From Deinococcaceae bacterium (GTDB taxonomy: Bacteria; Deinococcota; Deinococci; Deinococcales; Trueperaceae): a stretch of 10,968 bases of DNA. Positions 7,915 to 10,968 of the stretch are shown here, piece by piece. Every line of letters starts with the position of its first letter. The first letter of the stretch is position 1. The translations under genes and the position numbers were made by a program. The notes beneath the pieces are model-generated. The model was not told the DNA's origin. It saw only the letters and a list, made by a program, of their open reading frames with translations, and made no database searches. Location of the stretch: assembly GCA_040256005.1 (NCBI GenBank), contig JBDZWC010000100.1, forward strand, positions 1 through 10,968, written 5' to 3'.

Positions 7915-8921
7915 ACGGTCCCTCCAGAAGCAAGCTTACGCAACCAGGCGCGCCCGGAGCGAAGGATGCCATCTACCAAGCTCACCTGCACGGTGAGGCG
8001 CAGGTCGCCGCCGCCCAGGCCGCCGCCAGCCACGACCAGGCTCTGGCCGTCGGAGGTGCCTGGCGGCACCGGCACCCTGACGCCCTCGTAGTCCACGACC
8101 CCGCCGGCGGACGCCTGCCAGGGCGTGATGGCGATGGTGTCGTGTACATCGCGGCCCTGAACCCGGGCCGTTTCCGGCAAGCGCACTTCGATGTCGACCA
8201 TGAGGTCACCCGGCGGCGACCCCGGTCCGCCCAGGCCGCGAAGCCTCAGCTTCGTCTTGCTCTTGGCGCCGGCCGGCACCTGCACCTCGACGGCAGCCGC
8301 GTTGCGGCGCACCCCCCTGCCGTTGCAGGCGGGGCACGTACCGTCATAGGGGTTGGCCGAGAAGGGCCCGGCCGGGGCCGTGACGGCGCCCTCGGCCACG
8401 GCTCTGCCCGTGCCTTGGCAGACGGCGCACACGCTCGGGCCGGGCACGCGCACGCGCTTCACGGCGCCGCTCACCGCCTCACCCAGGGTGAGGTCGAGCA
8501 CCACCTCGCGCGTCTCGCCCGGGAGCAGCCCGCTCCCCCTCAGCATGCCCGCGACCATGCCGAACAGGGCGTCGAACATGGCGTTGCCGGTCATGGCACC
8601 GCCCGCCATGCGCGTCCAGTCGATGGGCACCTCGGCTTCCCTGAACATCTCGCGCCACTGCTCGCCCGTATACGTCGGCGTGGTGAAGCCGCCCGTGGGC
8701 TCGTGCCCGTACCGGTCGTACCGTGCCCGCGACTCGGGGTCCCGCAGGACGGCGTAGGCCTCCGAGAGCTCCTTGAACCTCTCCTCGGCCTGCTCGTCGC
8801 CCGGGTTGCGATCGGGGTGGTACCGCATCACCTGCTGACGGAACGCGCGCTTCACCGCAGCGGCATCCGCGTCGCGGGGCACGCCGAGGACCTCGTACGG
8901 ATCGCGCCGAACGCCGTTCAC
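7911..8921 (-). CDS. DnaJ-family (Hsp40) co-chaperone with J-domain, reduced zinc-finger region and DnaJ C-terminal domains, about 336 aa
   Basis: J-domain DPYEVLGV...YHPDRNPGD...[24 protein letters not shown] with intact HPD. Two CxxCxGxG motifs. DnaJ_C-type segments VQVPAG...KLRLRGLG...GDL and [14 protein letters not shown] moved the start from 8978 to GTG 8921 because a TATCAT hexamer lies 6 nt upstream and the J-domain begins right after. Confidence 0.9.
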   Translation of the reverse strand: MNGVRRDPYEVLGVPRDADAAAVKRAFRQQVMRYHPDRNPGDEQAEERFKELSEAYAVLRDPESRARYDRYGHEPTGGFTTPTYTGEQWREMFREAEVPIDWTRMAGGAMTGNAMFDALFGMVAGMLRGSGLLPGETREVVLDLTLGEAVSGAVKRVRVPGPSVCAVCQGTGRAVAEGAVTAPAGPFSANPYDGTCPACNGRGVRRNAAAVEVQVPAGAKSKTKLRLRGLGGPGSPPGDLMVDIEVRLPETARVQGRDVHDTIAITPWQASAGGVVDYEGVRVPVPPGTSDGQSLVVAGGGLGGGDLRLTVQVSLVDGILRSGRAWLRKLASGGTV

Positions 8922-8927
8922 CCGTCG

Positions 8928-8933
8928 ATGATA
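8928..8933 (-). promoter_or_regulatory. -10 element (TATCAT) of a probable leaderless dnaJ-hspR promoter
   Basis: The minus strand reads TATCAT-cgacgg-GTG, a 5/6 match to TATAAT in otherwise GC-rich DNA. Confidence 0.68.
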
Positions 8934-8938
8934 CATTA

Positions 8939-8959
8939 CCTGAGCGCCACAGACTAAAG
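8939..8959. promoter_or_regulatory. HAIR (HspR-associated inverted repeat) operator
   Basis: CCTGAGC-gccacag-ACTAAAG matches the consensus CTTGAGT-N7-ACTCAAG at 11/14 positions with the exact 7-nt spacer. It lies 5 nt upstream of the -10 of the operon encoding HspR. Confidence 0.8.
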
Positions 8960-9022
8960 CCCCTATCGCGGACGGCACGTGCCGCTACTTGCGAAAGGAG
9001 GCACGATCCGGCGGGGACGCGC

Positions 9023-9028
9023 TACCAT
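9023..9028 (+). promoter_or_regulatory. Candidate -10 element (TACCAT) for the 9075 lipoprotein gene
   Basis: TAnnnT hexamer about 35 nt upstream of the AGGAGG ribosome-binding site. No convincing -35 at the usual spacing. Confidence 0.4.
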
Positions 9029-9074
9029 CGCTGCCAAGAACCGCCGCCAAAGTGCGCTTCTTAGGAGGTTTGAC

Positions 9075-9413
9075 GTGCGCAAGAGAGTTGGCTTGGTCCT
9101 CCTGGTGGCGCTGGCCGTGCTGCTTGCCGGTTGCCGCAACGAGACGCAGAACCGCATCCGCCGAAGCATCCAGGACTTCACGGCGACACGGATGTACATA
9201 ACGATCTACTCGTACGATGGCAAGCCCGTGTTCAGCGGCGTCGTGGACGGCAAGATCACGCGGTCCGGTACGGCATCGGAGGGGTCCGGCGGCGAGGCGC
9301 AGGGAGCCTACATCTTCTGGTACGACGAGCGCGGCCGCTACCACCAGACCGACCTTCCATACATCCTGACGTCGTACGACGTCGCCGAGGACCTGCCGGC
9401 TGCGGGCGAGTAG
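9075..9413 (+). CDS. Small lipoprotein of unknown function, 112 aa
   Basis: AGGAGG at 9063-9068 is followed by GTG at 9075, in frame with track ORF 8979..9413. The signal peptide MRKRVGLVLLVALAVLLAG-C has a canonical LAGC lipobox. Confidence 0.8.
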   Translation: MRKRVGLVLLVALAVLLAGCRNETQNRIRRSIQDFTATRMYITIYSYDGKPVFSGVVDGKITRSGTASEGSGGEAQGAYIFWYDERGRYHQTDLPYILTSYDVAEDLPAAGE

Positions 9414-9420
9414 CCGCTGA

Positions 9421-9440
9421 AGGTTCGGTTAACCGCACCT
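9421..9440. repeat. 20-bp near-perfect palindrome in the intergenic region between the lipoprotein genes
   Basis: AGGT-T-CGGTTAACCG-C-ACCT: 9 of 10 symmetric pairs match, with a perfect 10-bp core. Confidence 0.6.
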
Positions 9441-9476
9441 GTCGTCGCCCGTAGAACGTGGCGCCGACGCACTTAG

Positions 9477-9482
9477 TACCGT
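9477..9482 (+). promoter_or_regulatory. Candidate -10 element (TACCGT) for the 9504 lipoprotein gene
   Basis: TAnnnT hexamer ending 8 nt before the AAGGAGG ribosome-binding site at 9491-9497. Confidence 0.4.
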
Positions 9483-9503
9483 GAGTGGCCAAGGAGGCCC
9501 GAA

Positions 9504-10004
9504 GTGAGAACGAAGCGTTCCATGCTCGCAGCGGCGGTGGCCGTGGTCGGTCTGCTGCTCACGTCGTGCACCGTCACCATCCAGCCGTCGCCCGGGTTCC
9601 AGATCACCTTCAACGACGTCATCACGGAGTTCCGTCCCACACGCGGAGTGGGCTCCACCTACTACGTCGGCGAAGAGGTCAGGTTCCTCCTCACGGTGAC
9701 CCAGCCCGGCTACATCACGCTCTCGGCCATCGATCCCGACGGCTCCGTGTACGTGTTCTCCCGGAACATCCTCGTGCCGCGCGGGTCCTCCGTCCTCCCC
9801 TTGGACAGCCAGCGCGTCGTCTACAACGCCGCCCCGCCGCGCGGGCATCACCGCATTCGCGCCACCTTCACGGCGAACCCCACCTCCGGCACGGTCGTGT
9901 ACCGGGGTCGCAGGGGCGACGCCGAGTGGTCGGCTGCCATCGAGCTAGAACTGCGGCAGGCAGACGTGCGCGACTGGGCCGAGACCAGCCTGGTGATCCG
10001 CTAG
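9504..10004 (+). CDS. Lipoprotein with a DUF4384-like beta-rich domain, 166 aa
   Basis: AAGGAGG at 9491-9497 and a GTG start. The signal peptide ends in a LTS-C lipobox. YYVGEEVRFLLTVTQPGYITLSAIDPDGSVYVF...PPRGHHRIRA resembles the DUF4384 pattern (recognised by eye). Confidence 0.75.
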   Translation: MRTKRSMLAAAVAVVGLLLTSCTVTIQPSPGFQITFNDVITEFRPTRGVGSTYYVGEEVRFLLTVTQPGYITLSAIDPDGSVYVFSRNILVPRGSSVLPLDSQRVVYNAAPPRGHHRIRATFTANPTSGTVVYRGRRGDAEWSAAIELELRQADVRDWAETSLVIR

Positions 10005-10033
10005 TCGCGAGCTGCATATAGCCAGCCAGTCGG

Positions 10034-10057
10034 CGTGGGCGGCGGATGCCGCCCGCG
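10034..10057 (+). terminator. GC-rich stem-loop after the DUF4384-like gene, possible terminator or RNA-stabilising hairpin
   Basis: CGTGGGCGGC-GGAT-GCCGCCCGCG forms a 10-bp stem with one G-U pair, about 30 nt after the stop. There is no U-tract, so terminator function is uncertain. Confidence 0.4.
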
Positions 10058-10070
10058 GCGACCCTTGGGG

Positions 10071-10076
10071 TAGAAT
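10071..10076 (+). promoter_or_regulatory. -10 element (TAGAAT) of the yebC-family gene promoter
   Basis: 5/6 match to TATAAT, 50 nt upstream of the TTG start. Confidence 0.65.
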
Positions 10077-10126
10077 GTGACCCAGTGCGGCGGTGCCTCA
10101 ACGCGTCGCCCGCTGGAGGACCCTTC

Positions 10127-10858
10127 TTGGCAGGACACAGCAAATGGGCTCAGATCAAGCGCAAGAAGGCGGTGCTGGACCGTCAACGCGGCAAGGTGAT
10201 CAGCAAGCACATCCGCGCGATCCAGTCCGCCGTGCGCGCCGGCGGGAGCGGTGACCCCAGCGTCAACCTCCCGCTCAAGAACGCTCTGGCGGCCGCGAAG
10301 ACCGACAACGTGCCGGCCGACAACATCGACAGGGCCATCGAACGTGCCCTGGGCGGCGGCGAAGGCGGCAGCTTCGAAGAGGTGCTCTACGAAGGCTACG
10401 GGCCCGGCGGCGTGGCCATGCTGGTGGAGGCGTTGACCGACAACCGCAACCGCACGGTGGGCGAGGTCAGGCACGTCTTCAGCAAGCACGGCGGCAACCT
10501 CTCCGGCTCTACCGCCTGGCAGTTCGACACCAAGGGATTGATCGTCGTCGAGGGTGACATCGAGGGGCTCGAGGACGTGGCCATAGACCTCGGCGCCGAC
10601 GACATAGAGGTAGAGGACGGCGCGTTGACCGTCTACACGGCGCCGGGCGACCTCTTCGAGGTCGTCGAGGGCCTGCAGTCGCGCGGGGTCGAGGCCGCGG
10701 TCGCGCAGCTCACGCGCGTGCCGCAGACGCAGACGCCCATCCCTGACGACGACGCCCGCAAGGTCATGAACCTGATGGAGGCGCTCGAGGACCTCGATGA
10801 CGTACAGAACGTCTACTCCACTGCCGACCTGGACAGCGTCGAGTTCGTCGGTCAGTAG
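10127..10858 (+). CDS. yebC: YebC/PmpR (TACO1) family protein, 243 aa
   Basis: The hallmark N-terminus (M)AGHSKWAQIKRKK starts at TTG 10127, with GGAGG at 10115-10119. Other motifs: YEGYGPGGVA, LTDNRNRT and LEDLDDVQNVY. Confidence 0.95.
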   Translation: MAGHSKWAQIKRKKAVLDRQRGKVISKHIRAIQSAVRAGGSGDPSVNLPLKNALAAAKTDNVPADNIDRAIERALGGGEGGSFEEVLYEGYGPGGVAMLVEALTDNRNRTVGEVRHVFSKHGGNLSGSTAWQFDTKGLIVVEGDIEGLEDVAIDLGADDIEVEDGALTVYTAPGDLFEVVEGLQSRGVEAAVAQLTRVPQTQTPIPDDDARKVMNLMEALEDLDDVQNVYSTADLDSVEFVGQ

Positions 10859-10877
10859 CGTGGGAGAGGGAGCTAAG

Positions 10878-10968
10878 GTGGGCTTTCCGTCTGTCAAGTG
10901 GGACGACATCCCGGCCATCACGGGCTCGCAGATGCAGCAGCTCATCATGCTGGCGACCGGCAAGTTCG
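10878..10968 (+). CDS. 5' end of a gene running off the window, possibly NAD(P)H-hydrate epimerase (YjeF N-terminal domain)
   Basis: GAGGGAG precedes GTG at 10878, and the frame is open to the window edge: MGFPSVKWDDIPAITGSQMQQLIMLATGKF. IPAITxxQM resembles YjeF_N N-termini, but only 30 codons are visible. This ORF is not in the supplied track. Confidence 0.45.
   Translation, partial: MGFPSVKWDDIPAITGSQMQQLIMLATGKF

Noticed and set aside
672..8957. Many long plus-strand ORFs (e.g. 672..2459, 4821..6098, 6790..8091, 7791..8957)
   Set aside because: They lie antisense to well-supported genes and have no recognisable motifs. Such shadow ORFs are expected from stop-codon scarcity in high-GC DNA.
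9034..9065. Possible leader hairpin (AAGAA...TTCTT) next to the lipoprotein SD, resembling an RNA thermometer
   Set aside because: The pairing is short and interrupted and barely reaches the SD, so it cannot be told from chance without folding and conservation data.
8922..9074. Track starts at 8978 (dnaJ-like) and 8979 (lipoprotein), and an AAGGAGG at 8995-9001
   Set aside because: Both extensions run through promoter or operator DNA and better-supported starts exist at 8921 and 9075. The AAGGAGG has no start codon at a usable distance.
10001..10963. 320-aa minus-strand ORF
   Set aside because: It is the antisense shadow of yebC and has no domain features.
1..10968. CRISPR arrays, tRNA/rRNA genes, IS elements and prophage genes
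   Set aside because: The window is almost fully coding, with intergenic gaps of about 150 nt or less. I saw no spaced direct repeats, transposase or integrase motifs, or RNA gene signatures.

Overview
GC-rich bacterial window, most consistent with Deinococcota (inferred from the HspR/HAIR pair, a DUF4384-like lipoprotein, a non-canonical LSxGE SMC signature and -10 hexamers directly before start codons). Minus strand, in transcription order: a DnaJ-family co-chaperone with only two CxxCxGxG repeats, hspR, smc, a class I biotin ligase (birA), then a translationally coupled triad of a stand-alone receiver protein, a membrane-anchored HEAT-repeat protein and a processive GT2 glycosyltransferase. 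Plus strand: two predicted lipoproteins, a YebC/PmpR-family gene and the first 30 codons of a possible YjeF_N (NAD(P)H-hydrate epimerase) gene. The best candidate for a poorly characterised system is the receiver-HEAT-GT2 module, which may be a polysaccharide synthase switched by phosphorylation rather than c-di-GMP. A HAIR-like operator overlaps the dnaJ-hspR promoter. I found no mobile element, CRISPR array or RNA gene. All family calls come from motif recognition by eye; no searches were run.
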